A DNA stretch of 64,000 nucleotides from Candidatus Bathyarchaeia archaeon. Lineage in GTDB: Archaea; Thermoproteota; Bathyarchaeia; Bathyarchaeales; Bathycorpusculaceae. Position 1 is the stretch's first letter, and every line of letters starts with the position of its first letter. Shown here piece by piece: positions 48,103-56,648 of this stretch. Made by a program: the position numbers and the translations under genes. The notes beneath the pieces were generated by a model. It did no database searches and was not told the origin of the DNA. It saw nothing but the letters and a program-made list of their open reading frames with translations. Location of the stretch: assembly GCA_049512935.1 (NCBI GenBank), contig JBEKWR010000006.1, positions 64,001 to 128,000 of the forward strand, written 5' to 3'.

Positions 48103-48252
48103 CTATTTTATGACCGTTCGCTCTTTTATGCGTTTCTCCCATTCCGATTGCGAAACTATGCCTTTTTTATCGAGTAAATCAACTAGGCTTTCAAGCATAG
48201 TGCTAAGTAGGTTTATTTCTTCTTTCAAGTCTTCAATATTGGTTTTCTTCAT
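48103..48252 (-). CDS. 49-aa helical microprotein, third gene of the transposase operon (not in ORF track)
   Basis: MKKTNIEDLKEEINLLSTMLESLVDLLDKKGIVSQSEWEKRIKERTVIK*; AGGTG upstream; overlaps the RHH gene. Confidence 0.7.
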   Translation of the reverse strand: MKKTNIEDLKEEINLLSTMLESLVDLLDKKGIVSQSEWEKRIKERTVIK

Positions 48253-48406
48253 GTTTCCCACCTTTCGCAAGATAACCTTGTTCGGATAACCAATTCATGA
48301 TAATGGTGCGGAGAGTGTCTGATCGGGTTTGCCCGATTTTTCCTAGCAACTCTTTGTCTAAAGTGTTGACAACACCATCAGGTAAGGATACTAAGATTTT
48401 TTTCAT
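48233..48406 (-). CDS. 57-aa CopG/ribbon-helix-helix regulator (not in ORF track)
   Basis: MKKILVSLPDGVVNTLDKELLGKIGQTRSDTLRTIIMNWL...; ATGA overlap with the transposase stop. Confidence 0.8.
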   Translation of the reverse strand: MKKILVSLPDGVVNTLDKELLGKIGQTRSDTLRTIIMNWLSEQGYLAKGGKHEENQY

Positions 48407-49320
48407 TGTGTTACCATCTCTAACGCTTTATCATTCGCTTGTTTTGTTTGAACTGCTCTTGATACTGTTTCCGTTTCGTATTTTGTTGCTCGGTCAATTA
48501 AGGCTTTCCAGTTGTTGGGTACTTCCATTCTTGCTGCTTGAGCTGGAGTTTTTCCACCTAAACTTTGGTGTGGTCTAACGTAGTTATAGTGCACCGTGTA
48601 ACCTTCAAGAATGTCTTTTGTTGATTCAAAAGCTTTTAGTCCTCTCATGCATCTTGTTCTGTCTTTGAGTGTTCCATGTAACCGTTCTACTATATTGTTG
48701 GTCTCTCTTGCTCTTATGCCAACTCTTTGAACTAACTCTGGTCTTGTGTCTTTTCGCATAGTGTAAAATACCTTGTTAAAGGCTGCATTGTAAACATGAC
48801 TGCCGTCCACGAATACTGCTCTCGGTCTAACTCTGCTCTGTTGAACTCCTTTCTTGAAAATAGCTACTGTGTCTTCAAAGGTTCTTGTGTTTGAAATGTG
48901 AGACGCCACTAAGAATCGAGTATCCTCATCTATCATTTCCCAGAACCAAATGTTCCGTCCTTCGCATGAAAGCATTGTTTCATCTTCATGCCATAAACCT
49001 GAAAGTTGCGGTATAACAGTTGTAGTGTATTCTTTCACTAGTTTGCTGTATTTCTTTAGCCAATTAAGAATCGTGACTTGGCTAATTCTTTCGCCAAAAA
49101 TTTGCTCCAAGTTTCTCTGTGCTTTACGTAAGCTTAGACCGTCATAATAGAAGTTTAGGGCTGCTACTATTAGGTTTTTATCGTTTCTCATTTTGGAGAA
49201 TTTGCCGTTTGAGAAAAAGCGTTTTCCGCATTCTTTGCATTTGTAGACCTGCGTTCCTTTAATTGAACCGTTTTTGACGATTTTTTCGCTGTTGCAATAT
49301 TTGCAGTTCATCAGTTTCAC
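48403..49320 (-). CDS. IS6 family DDE transposase with N-terminal zinc ribbon
   Basis: CKYC...CKEC, HTH (GLSLRK...TILNW), WHEDET, FVDG, NNIVERLHGTLK, HYNYVRPH. Confidence 0.92.
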   Translation of the reverse strand: MKLMNCKYCNSEKIVKNGSIKGTQVYKCKECGKRFFSNGKFSKMRNDKNLIVAALNFYYDGLSLRKAQRNLEQIFGERISQVTILNWLKKYSKLVKEYTTTVIPQLSGLWHEDETMLSCEGRNIWFWEMIDEDTRFLVASHISNTRTFEDTVAIFKKGVQQSRVRPRAVFVDGSHVYNAAFNKVFYTMRKDTRPELVQRVGIRARETNNIVERLHGTLKDRTRCMRGLKAFESTKDILEGYTVHYNYVRPHQSLGGKTPAQAARMEVPNNWKALIDRATKYETETVSRAVQTKQANDKALEMVTQ

Positions 49321-49321
49321 G

Positions 49322-49394
49322 CTCTTACAGGTATACTATAGGATACCTTACCGTATTTATATCTTGTGGTATAGCTTTAAGATACCTGTAAGAG
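49322..49394. promoter_or_regulatory. 13-bp inverted repeat enclosing the transposase promoter
   Basis: CTCTTACAGGTAT (49322-49334) / ATACCTGTAAGAG (49382-49394) around a minus-strand ATATAAA box. Confidence 0.65.
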
Positions 49395-49543
49395 ACTGCT
49401 CTCTTTTATGACCTTTACCAATATTAATTTTTTTATAATAAAACTTATAAGAAGAAGCCATTGCTCTATTATTATTAGTTTATTCTCCCTATCGTTCGTC
49501 TAGGACGGTAGGTATTTATTTGCGTTTTCGTCATTAGCTAAAC

Positions 49544-50089
49544 ATGGGCAAAGCAGTTGTATTGATTGACGGTGGTTATCTCAACAAAGTTTTAGAGAAG
49601 ATATATCATAGACCACCGTTTAGTTATGAAAAATTTTGCAATAAATTATGCGAGAAAGCTGAATGCCAGCGTGTTAGAACTTACTACTACAACTGCCCAC
49701 CTTTTCAAAGCAATCCTCCAACCGAGATAGAAAGCCAAAAAACTGCTGATTATGATTGTTTTATTAAATTCTTGAAAGATACCCCGCGTTTCTTGTATCG
49801 ACCTGGAAGACTGCAACGCATAGGAGGAGAATTTAAGCAGAAACATGTTGATGTGCATTTATCTGTTGACCTTGTCAAACTATCCTGTAAACACAGTATC
49901 GATAAAGCTATTCTGGTTACAGGAGATAGTGATTTTGTTCCTGCCGTAGACGTTGCAAAAGAGGAAGGAGTGGTCACAATTCTCTATTACTCAAACATTC
50001 CACCGATGTACATCCATCGCGAGATATTAGAGAAATGTGATGAAAAATATTTAATTGACGCAGATATTATGGCTACTTCAAGACCCTAA
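49544..50089 (+). CDS. NYN domain (LabA/DUF88, PIN-like) ribonuclease
   Basis: VLIDGGYL, RTYYY, KQKHVDVHLSVD and LVTGDSDFVPAV motifs. Confidence 0.92.
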   Translation: MGKAVVLIDGGYLNKVLEKIYHRPPFSYEKFCNKLCEKAECQRVRTYYYNCPPFQSNPPTEIESQKTADYDCFIKFLKDTPRFLYRPGRLQRIGGEFKQKHVDVHLSVDLVKLSCKHSIDKAILVTGDSDFVPAVDVAKEEGVVTILYYSNIPPMYIHREILEKCDEKYLIDADIMATSRP

Positions 50090-50210
50090 ACTATTGCCGT
50101 TCTAACCGATTTAGGTCATGACAAATAACTTAACAGTATCGGTAGGCAGAAAGATTTAATTATCGATGGTTTCTGTTGGTTTCTTGTAAGATAGGAGGAA
50201 TGAATCAAAT

Positions 50211-50489
50211 ATGCCTACTTGTCCACATTGCGGCGCCACCGTTCCCGAAGGTGCCGTTTACTGTGGTAACTGTGGAGCTACATTAAACTCCCCGACAACT
50301 TCAATGACGACTCAGACCCAAACGTCTTCGCAGACATCAGCATGGTCTCAGGATAACACCAGCGGAGACATGCAAGCGCGACTTGAAAAAGCCATGAAGC
50401 GTGCAGAACAATTAACTTATGCAGCAGCAATTGTCGGCGGAATTATCCTTGTACTGATAGTGTTCACTCTACTGCAATATTTGCTTTAA
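50211..50489 (+). CDS. Zinc-ribbon protein with C-terminal TM anchor
   Basis: CPHCG...YCGNCG; GGAGG upstream. Confidence 0.82.
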   Translation: MPTCPHCGATVPEGAVYCGNCGATLNSPTTSMTTQTQTSSQTSAWSQDNTSGDMQARLEKAMKRAEQLTYAAAIVGGIILVLIVFTLLQYLL

Positions 50490-50536
50490 AACGAAAGAAA
50501 AAGCGTGAAAGACTACACTTGTGAGGTGGTAAAACT

Positions 50537-50644
50537 TTGGACAGCGTTCTTGAACAAACTGTTAAGAGAATTGAACGACTAAACAATATCCTCATGGCAG
50601 TGCTAATCATCGAGGTTGTCGTTCTTGTACTGATTCTCGTGTAA
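50537..50644 (+). CDS. 35-aa single-TM microprotein (not in ORF track)
   Basis: TTG start after GAGGTG; MDSVLEQTVKRIERLNNILMAVLIIEVVVLVLILV*. Confidence 0.55.
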   Translation: MDSVLEQTVKRIERLNNILMAVLIIEVVVLVLILV

Positions 50645-50756
50645 ACCCAGTTCTCTTTTCTCTCACTTTTTATTTATTGATTCGATGAATCTGCTTTGCA
50701 ATATCGATGCCGAATTTGTCTTCTTCTAAAAGAGCCAAGATCTTCTCTGCTTCTTT

Positions 50757-51119
50757 TCATTGCCCAAGGTATTCGCACCAGCTTCTTGGGCTTTCCCAGA
50801 CTCTAACTTTCTCCAGCGTGGGTTTTTCAGGCAGGCTTTTTTGCACGTGAACAAAAATGTACTTTGCGATGTTTTCAGTTGTCGGGTTGCCTATTTCGGT
50901 TATTTCGTTGAGGTAGGTGTGATCAAGTTTTTCAACTACTTTTTCTAAAGATAACTTTAACACTGCGAAGTCAACGACCATCCCGTTAGGTTCTGTTTTT
51001 TCGCCTAAAACGAAAAGTTCCACTTTCCAGGTGTGCCCGTGAAGCCTTTCGCATTTGCCGTTGCTTTCAACGACGTTGTGTGCCGCCGCAAATGTTGTTG
51101 CGACCCTAAGCCTGTACAC
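50757..51119 (-). CDS. queD: QueD / 6-pyruvoyltetrahydropterin synthase family
   Basis: FAAAH, CERLHGH, GMVVDF, LDHTYLN, PTTENIA and VRVWES motifs. Confidence 0.93.
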   Translation of the reverse strand: MYRLRVATTFAAAHNVVESNGKCERLHGHTWKVELFVLGEKTEPNGMVVDFAVLKLSLEKVVEKLDHTYLNEITEIGNPTTENIAKYIFVHVQKSLPEKPTLEKVRVWESPRSWCEYLGQ

Positions 51120-51133
51120 AGCCTAAACCTCCG

Positions 51134-51916
51134 CTACAAGAGTCCTCGCCATTCTGAACAAACGTTGTGGTCATGGATGGATTCGAAGCTTACGCATTTA
51201 ACCGTGCAGAATCTTTTGGGGTACTTTTCCTTCAGCAACTTGACGCATTGCCTTGTAACGTCTTCAACAAACTTGGCGTTCTCATGCATTTTTTCAACCA
51301 CCTTCTTCTCTTCGGGTCTTTTAAGCAGAGAAAACGTTGGGGAACTGAAGCTTTGACTGCAAATTTTGAGGACGTCAAGAAGGTCAGTGTTTTCGGTCAC
51401 GTCGATTTCCACGCTAAGAGAGCCTCTCTGGTTATGGGTCAATCCATGACACATTTCTTTCGAGCACGGACAGGCTAAGGCGCCGTTAACGGTGATGCCA
51501 GCAGTTTTCTTCCCCGTCTTGGTTGAGTAGCGTGCAAACATTTGCGCAATCGAGTTTTCCTTTTTGCCGCTTGGTCTTACCCTGTTGAATGGAAGTTCAC
51601 CGAAAACTTCTGTTTGGCAGTGGAAGCCATGCTTCTTAAACGCGCTTTTTGAAATCTGCACAGCTAAATTCTCGATTGAAGCGGCTTCCAACGGTATTTC
51701 TTCAATAGACTCAATGAACCTGCTCATGTGTACTCCACGCAAATGAGAAGGCAACGTGATGTAGCTGTTTATGTTGACTATGATGTTGAAGGTTCCCTCT
51801 GGTCTGTTCAACAAGACAAGTTTCCGAAGGCCTTCTACACCAACCTTTTCCAGCTCGATTTCATTTTCTGGTTTTTGGTTTTGGACGTCGACGACCAAAT
51901 TTTTCGTAATCCCCAT
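51134..51916 (-). CDS. mptA: GTP cyclohydrolase, FolE2/MptA family
   Basis: DVQ, RGVHMSRF, ACPCS, HNQRG, LLKRPEE, FVEDVTR and ESIHDHN motifs. Confidence 0.9.
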   Translation of the reverse strand: MGITKNLVVDVQNQKPENEIELEKVGVEGLRKLVLLNRPEGTFNIIVNINSYITLPSHLRGVHMSRFIESIEEIPLEAASIENLAVQISKSAFKKHGFHCQTEVFGELPFNRVRPSGKKENSIAQMFARYSTKTGKKTAGITVNGALACPCSKEMCHGLTHNQRGSLSVEIDVTENTDLLDVLKICSQSFSSPTFSLLKRPEEKKVVEKMHENAKFVEDVTRQCVKLLKEKYPKRFCTVKCVSFESIHDHNVCSEWRGLL

Positions 51917-52102
51917 TTAAATTCTAAACAGGCATCATGCCCTTTAATGCCATGCTTTGACGAATTTACGTGAGCACAAAGAACTTGTTGCTTATTATAC
52001 TTACTTGATTGGAAGCCGATTCTAAATGGATTTCTTAGGTTGCGAAGATGAAAATTGGCGACTAAACCCTTAACCAACGAAAGCTTCTGTAATTGTTGCG
52101 TC

Positions 52103-52393
52103 TTATGATTTTGCATGCTTCTTTTCGATTATGGCGCGTATTTCATTTTCGGCATCTGCTACAGAATATTTGAGAGAAACATTCCTGTTTCTAAGCTCAT
52201 CCAAAAAAGCCCAGAGTGAGACATCGGCGATTTCGGAGGATTTCTTCAAGGAAGTTTTTCCTTTAACGTAACTGTCAACTGCAATATCCATTTTCACTTC
52301 AGCAAGCCCCTTATCTAAGAGTTTTCTCAGGAGGGTTGACTGGTCTTCTCCCGTCACTTCCTGAAGATCTTTTACGGATTTTAAGTTTTCTGG
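52103..52393 (-). pseudogene. UPF0175 family antitoxin, apparently 5'-truncated
   Basis: DQSTLLRKLL...YVKGKTSLKKSSEIADVSLWAF; frame runs back to PENLKSV without a start; no intact partner toxin gene. Confidence 0.6.
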
Positions 52394-52534
52394 ATGTCAA
52401 AAACATTACGAGGCAAGAAAAACGTGGCATTAACTCTGATAAGGGGTAAAAACGCCTAAGGTTTTGGAAATCCCTACGATAGCTTAACGTTTATTAGTGT
52501 CAGATTCCCTAGTCGTCGCGTCAAAATTTAACTG

Positions 52535-53494
52535 GTGAATCCAATGGAGAAGGTTACTGTTTCGGCTCCAGCCCACTTGCACGCGGGCAATTTTGATTTG
52601 ACAGGCGATTTGGGAAGGCTTTACGGGACGGTTGGTTTTGCGATAGATCTTCCTCTTGAAGTTGAAGTTTCTAAGGCAAAAGGGATCAAGGCAGAGGACA
52701 AGTCAGCCTACAAGTTTGCTAAACGGCTCGTTGACGAGTTCGATTTGGAAGGCGCAGAGGTCAAAATTAAGAATGAAATCCCAAGGTTTGTCGGCGTAGG
52801 GTTCCACACGACTCTGGCTCTTTCCATCGGCGTCGCATTGTCAAAGCTCTACGATTTGAACCTCACCGTTGAGGATGTGTCTTTGATAATGGGCAGGGGA
52901 ACCATAACCGCGATGGGAGTTTACGCTTTCAAAACTGGCGGGTTCATCGTTGAAGGCGGTTTTAAAGTTGAAAGCCGAACAAAAATGGTGCCACCGCTCA
53001 TATTCCACGGCGCAGTTCCCAAGAACTGGTTTTTCGTCATCGCTATTCCCAACGAGTCAAGGCAGAAAATCGCCCAGATGAGGGAAAACGAGGATGAAAT
53101 CTTGGGCAACCTCAAACTTATGCCCAAAGAGCTTTCTGACGAGCTTTCAAGGATTGTCTTGGTGAAGCTTATGCCTGCCTTCGTCGAGAAAGACCTCAAG
53201 TCGTTCGGCGAAGCCTTGACATCGTTCAACCAGAAGCTCGGCAGGTTCTGGAGAGACTATCAGGAAGGAACCTACTGCAACCAGGTTGTGGAAGAAGGGG
53301 TAAGAATCATGCTTCGGGAAGGCTCGATGGCTTGCCAAACCTCATGGGGCCCAACCTTCTACACCATTGTGAATGGCAAACGCGCCGCGGAAAAATTGGC
53401 GAAGGAGTTAACACAGTTTCTGGACAAGCATGGCGGCGGAGAAATCTATGTCACCCGAGCGAACAATCGTGGAGCGACGGTTCTGAAGGCTTAG
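52535..53494 (+). CDS. Beta-RFAP synthase-like GHMP family protein (divergent paralogue)
   Basis: PAHLHAG..DL.G..GRLYG, GGFIVEGG, QTSWGPT; altered P-loop PRFVGVGFHTT. Confidence 0.85.
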   Translation: MNPMEKVTVSAPAHLHAGNFDLTGDLGRLYGTVGFAIDLPLEVEVSKAKGIKAEDKSAYKFAKRLVDEFDLEGAEVKIKNEIPRFVGVGFHTTLALSIGVALSKLYDLNLTVEDVSLIMGRGTITAMGVYAFKTGGFIVEGGFKVESRTKMVPPLIFHGAVPKNWFFVIAIPNESRQKIAQMRENEDEILGNLKLMPKELSDELSRIVLVKLMPAFVEKDLKSFGEALTSFNQKLGRFWRDYQEGTYCNQVVEEGVRIMLREGSMACQTSWGPTFYTIVNGKRAAEKLAKELTQFLDKHGGGEIYVTRANNRGATVLKA

Positions 53495-53496
53495 CC

Positions 53497-54648
53497 ATGG
53501 TCAAAGCTGTCGGCATCGACTCGGGAACGAAAACGATGGACATCTACGGGTTTGACGACCTCAGCGGCAAAGTGTTAGTTGACTGTGCTTTATCCCGAGA
53601 AGAAGTTACAAAGAACCCCTGCTTAGTTATTGAGAAGCTAAGAGAGGTTCAGCAAGCTTGCGGCAAGATCGACGCGATTTCGGGTCCTGCAGGTTATGGC
53701 TTGCCGCTTCAAAAAGCTAAAGACGCAAGCATGGAAGATATTGCGTTGGCAACGTTTGTGACGCAGGCTGATGTTGCAAGGAAACTCAAAATCGTCGGTT
53801 TAAGGCAGCTTATGCAGCTTATGAAGAACACGGAAGACCTTGACATCTGGTTTACTCCGTCAGTTATTCAGTTGCCGACTGTTCCAGAGTACAGGAAGGC
53901 CAACAGGGTGGACATGGGCACAAACGATAAGGTTCCAAGCGCCGTTTTAGCAGTAAAGGATCAGGCGGAAAGGCTAAGCATTGGTTATGACGAAACTGAC
54001 TTTATCGTTGTTGAGATAGGATTTGCATATACTTCCGCTATGGCGGTGAAAAGCGGTCAAATAGTTGACGCTATGGCTGGAACAGCTGGGTTTCCTTCAT
54101 TCCTCGGCATGGGCTTTGTTGACGGAGAACTAGCATACGCGTTAGCTAATACTGTTGAGGATTTTTCTAAGCTTACTTTGTTCGCTGGCGGCGCAGCGGC
54201 GGTTGCGGGGATCGACACCTCAAAACCGATTGAAGATTTCATCGAAAACGCAAAAGCAAGCGGAAAAATCCGTTCTGGTCTGGACCTGATGCTTGAATCC
54301 GTTGTTAAAGATGTCGCGTCGCTTTTGCCTTCGGTTAAGCCTAAGGAAGTGCTGCTTAGTGGAAGATTCACTAGTATCCCCGGGTTTTATGCGATGGCGG
54401 AAAACAGGCTGGCTGCTTTTTTCAGCGAAATCGGGTCAAAAATTGACGTTGTAAAGATTCAAGGCAGTGCTAAGGTTGCTAAGGGGGCGGCTGAAGGGGC
54501 AGCGATAATTGCAAACGGTTTGGCGCATGGAAAATATGAGCCGATCGTGGATGTGATGAGGCTTAGGGAAAGCAAAGGCGGAATATTCGATCACATTTAC
54601 CTAGATGAAAAAACAAGGAAGGAACTTGAAGTCTTCAAGAAGTATTAG
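53497..54648 (+). CDS. DUF1464 family (butyrate-kinase-like ASKHA) protein
   Basis: VGIDSGTKTMD, GPAGYGLP, PSVIQLPTVP..RKANRVDMGT motifs. Confidence 0.85.
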   Translation: MVKAVGIDSGTKTMDIYGFDDLSGKVLVDCALSREEVTKNPCLVIEKLREVQQACGKIDAISGPAGYGLPLQKAKDASMEDIALATFVTQADVARKLKIVGLRQLMQLMKNTEDLDIWFTPSVIQLPTVPEYRKANRVDMGTNDKVPSAVLAVKDQAERLSIGYDETDFIVVEIGFAYTSAMAVKSGQIVDAMAGTAGFPSFLGMGFVDGELAYALANTVEDFSKLTLFAGGAAAVAGIDTSKPIEDFIENAKASGKIRSGLDLMLESVVKDVASLLPSVKPKEVLLSGRFTSIPGFYAMAENRLAAFFSEIGSKIDVVKIQGSAKVAKGAAEGAAIIANGLAHGKYEPIVDVMRLRESKGGIFDHIYLDEKTRKELEVFKKY

Positions 54649-54662
54649 CTTGCCTTTATTGT

Positions 54663-55448
54663 TTAAACGAGCCGTTTCAAGTCTTCAGGCTGGATGCTTC
54701 GGAAACCTTTGATTTCTTCCCCGTTCGCCGTCAAGTTATAGAGTAAAATGTTTTGTTGCATTTTTCGGGCCAGCCACTCCAGCAGTTCTCTGCTAATCTT
54801 CAGCTTCTCACGCTTAACAGAGAGGGATTTCACCTTCACTTTAGAGTACTTGCCCACCGTCAACCCGAAATCCATTCCGGCTAACACGATAACTTTAGCG
54901 TCCATGGTTGCGGCAAGAAAAACAGCTCTGTCCCCGTCGGTGAATCCAAGGAAATTGTGAACGTTTGGACGCGGCTCAACCTGAGTGCTCCCGACTGCGT
55001 TTGAGAAGTCGGGAACGTAGCGTCTTAGCTGCTCAATGTTGTCGCCATGCGCTTGGATAACTACCGTTGATCCTTGCCGCTGGGCGGTGACAATGTCGCT
55101 GACTATCCCGTCCAGGTCAGTTACGATTACGTCTGGAGCGGCGTTTGCCATGTTTAGAAACGCGGTTGTTGCTCCGTCAGCTACAACAGTCACAAACTTC
55201 TGCAGAACCCCTTCCCGCATGATACGTTTAAGGTCTTCCTCAAGTGAAGGCCCAGCGCCGAAAACCAACACTGGCTGATTTGCCAATCGCTCTCTAAGCT
55301 TTGAGGGATCGGCTGCCTTCCCAGCCAACAGTGTGCTCAGCAGGTCAGCAGCGTATTGGTCTTTAGCTTGGTCGTAACCGAACGTTTGAATAATTCTTCG
55401 GTACCACGGCCACCAATCGTCCAATCCAAGCTTCATGCTTTTTCCCAC
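54663..55448 (-). CDS. mptE: 6-hydroxymethyl-7,8-dihydropterin pyrophosphokinase (DUF115)
   Basis: GAGPSL, VADGAT, VTDLDG, AHGDN, GFTDGDRA and GMDFG motifs. Confidence 0.9.
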   Translation of the reverse strand: MGKSMKLGLDDWWPWYRRIIQTFGYDQAKDQYAADLLSTLLAGKAADPSKLRERLANQPVLVFGAGPSLEEDLKRIMREGVLQKFVTVVADGATTAFLNMANAAPDVIVTDLDGIVSDIVTAQRQGSTVVIQAHGDNIEQLRRYVPDFSNAVGSTQVEPRPNVHNFLGFTDGDRAVFLAATMDAKVIVLAGMDFGLTVGKYSKVKVKSLSVKREKLKISRELLEWLARKMQQNILLYNLTANGEEIKGFRSIQPEDLKRLV

Positions 55449-55457
55449 CTGTTTTGA

Positions 55458-56432
55458 CTACGACGTTGTTTTAATATAAGCCCCTCTGTTGTTCGCGCCC
55501 GTCCAGAATACTTGCCCGCCTACGCTTTTTTGCAAGAACCGCTGCACGTCTAGTGAAAGCTTCTCCGCTTGCTCTTTGCCTTCGACAAGCCCGTAGACTG
55601 TTGGTCCCCATGAACTCTGCCCTGCTCCAAAAGCTCCATGCCTGAGCATGAATTCTATGCATTGGCTTGACGGGGAACTGGAGAATCTTCCGCCTTGAGC
55701 CGAGGCAAAGCAGTCGCCGACCAGGTTTTGAATCTGGGTTAATGCACCTCCGAAAGTCTTTATGTCTTTCTCTTTGAGCGCTGGCAGAAGAGACATCAGA
55801 ATCAAGCGGCTTATACGCCCAGCCTGCTCTGCTGACATAGGCGGCATATCCCTAAAAGCGTGAGCCTCCGCTTCCCCTGACAAACCGCCCTTAACCTGCG
55901 GGATGGCCACGGTAAAAAACCAGTTTTTTGGGAAAGATGATTGAAAAATCACTGGAGGAAAACTGTTCCACGATGCGAGCGGCTTGCCGTTTTGGCTTTT
56001 AACACCGCCCTCGGCAACGAAGCCACCTTTTTCAAAAAGCGCTGTTCCCACGCCAGAGACTGTGCCTCTTCCCATGGTTTTGGAAAGCTCCTGCGTCGAA
56101 GCCTCTACATTGAACAGTTTTGCGAGGGCAGCAGAGGTGGCTAGGGCAAGCTGGGTTCCTGAGCCTAACCCGACATGCTGGGGAATAACCTGCTTAACGC
56201 ATACGGCTACCTCAGGCTTCAAGTCGTATTTTTTGAGGAACCCCTCAACCCACGGCTTCACCAGCTCGCTTTTTTCGCCCTCGACAGTGAGGCGTTCTGA
56301 CTTTTCAGCTTCAACAATCGCGTTCGGCTGGTTTATGGCGACGCCTACGCCGCCGAAGAAACGTCCTAAGTCGCCTCCTAAATCGATGAGCCCCAAATGA
56401 AGCCTAGCTGAAGCCTTAACGTAAACCTTCAT
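55458..56432 (-). CDS. mptG: Beta-ribofuranosylaminobenzene 5'-phosphate synthase
   Basis: ARLHLGLIDL, PQHVGLGSGTQ, GRGTVSGVG and GQSSWGPT motifs. Confidence 0.88.
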   Translation of the reverse strand: MKVYVKASARLHLGLIDLGGDLGRFFGGVGVAINQPNAIVEAEKSERLTVEGEKSELVKPWVEGFLKKYDLKPEVAVCVKQVIPQHVGLGSGTQLALATSAALAKLFNVEASTQELSKTMGRGTVSGVGTALFEKGGFVAEGGVKSQNGKPLASWNSFPPVIFQSSFPKNWFFTVAIPQVKGGLSGEAEAHAFRDMPPMSAEQAGRISRLILMSLLPALKEKDIKTFGGALTQIQNLVGDCFASAQGGRFSSSPSSQCIEFMLRHGAFGAGQSSWGPTVYGLVEGKEQAEKLSLDVQRFLQKSVGGQVFWTGANNRGAYIKTTS

Positions 56433-56648
56433 CTGCTTAACGCCCAACCTATCTTCAATTCTATAATTGCCTAATATGTAAATTGAAGGGTTTCTTAAAC
56501 CCATTCAGCTAGATAACCCAGTTAAAGTAGGAAAATCTTTCTTCATCAACAACGATTCGCAAAAAAGATTGAGACAACCATCGCCCTTTTCTGATTCAGC
56601 CAAGTCACATGTCCCGCTATCTAATAGCATTGGTAAATATTTCTTTTA

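Larger units (their letters stand above)
46584..50140. mobile_element. IS6-family cargo-carrying transposon, 3,557 bp
   Basis: 24-bp perfect TIR GATACTGTTAAGTTATTTGTCATG (46584-46607 / 50117-50140); 9-bp direct repeat GGTAGGCAG (46575-46583 / 50141-50149); internal DDE transposase. Confidence 0.93.

Noticed and set aside
50670-50759. Readthrough or selenocysteine at the queD TGA (28 in-frame codons follow)
   Set aside because: QueD is already full length, no SECIS-like element was seen, and a deleted-gene remnant is more likely
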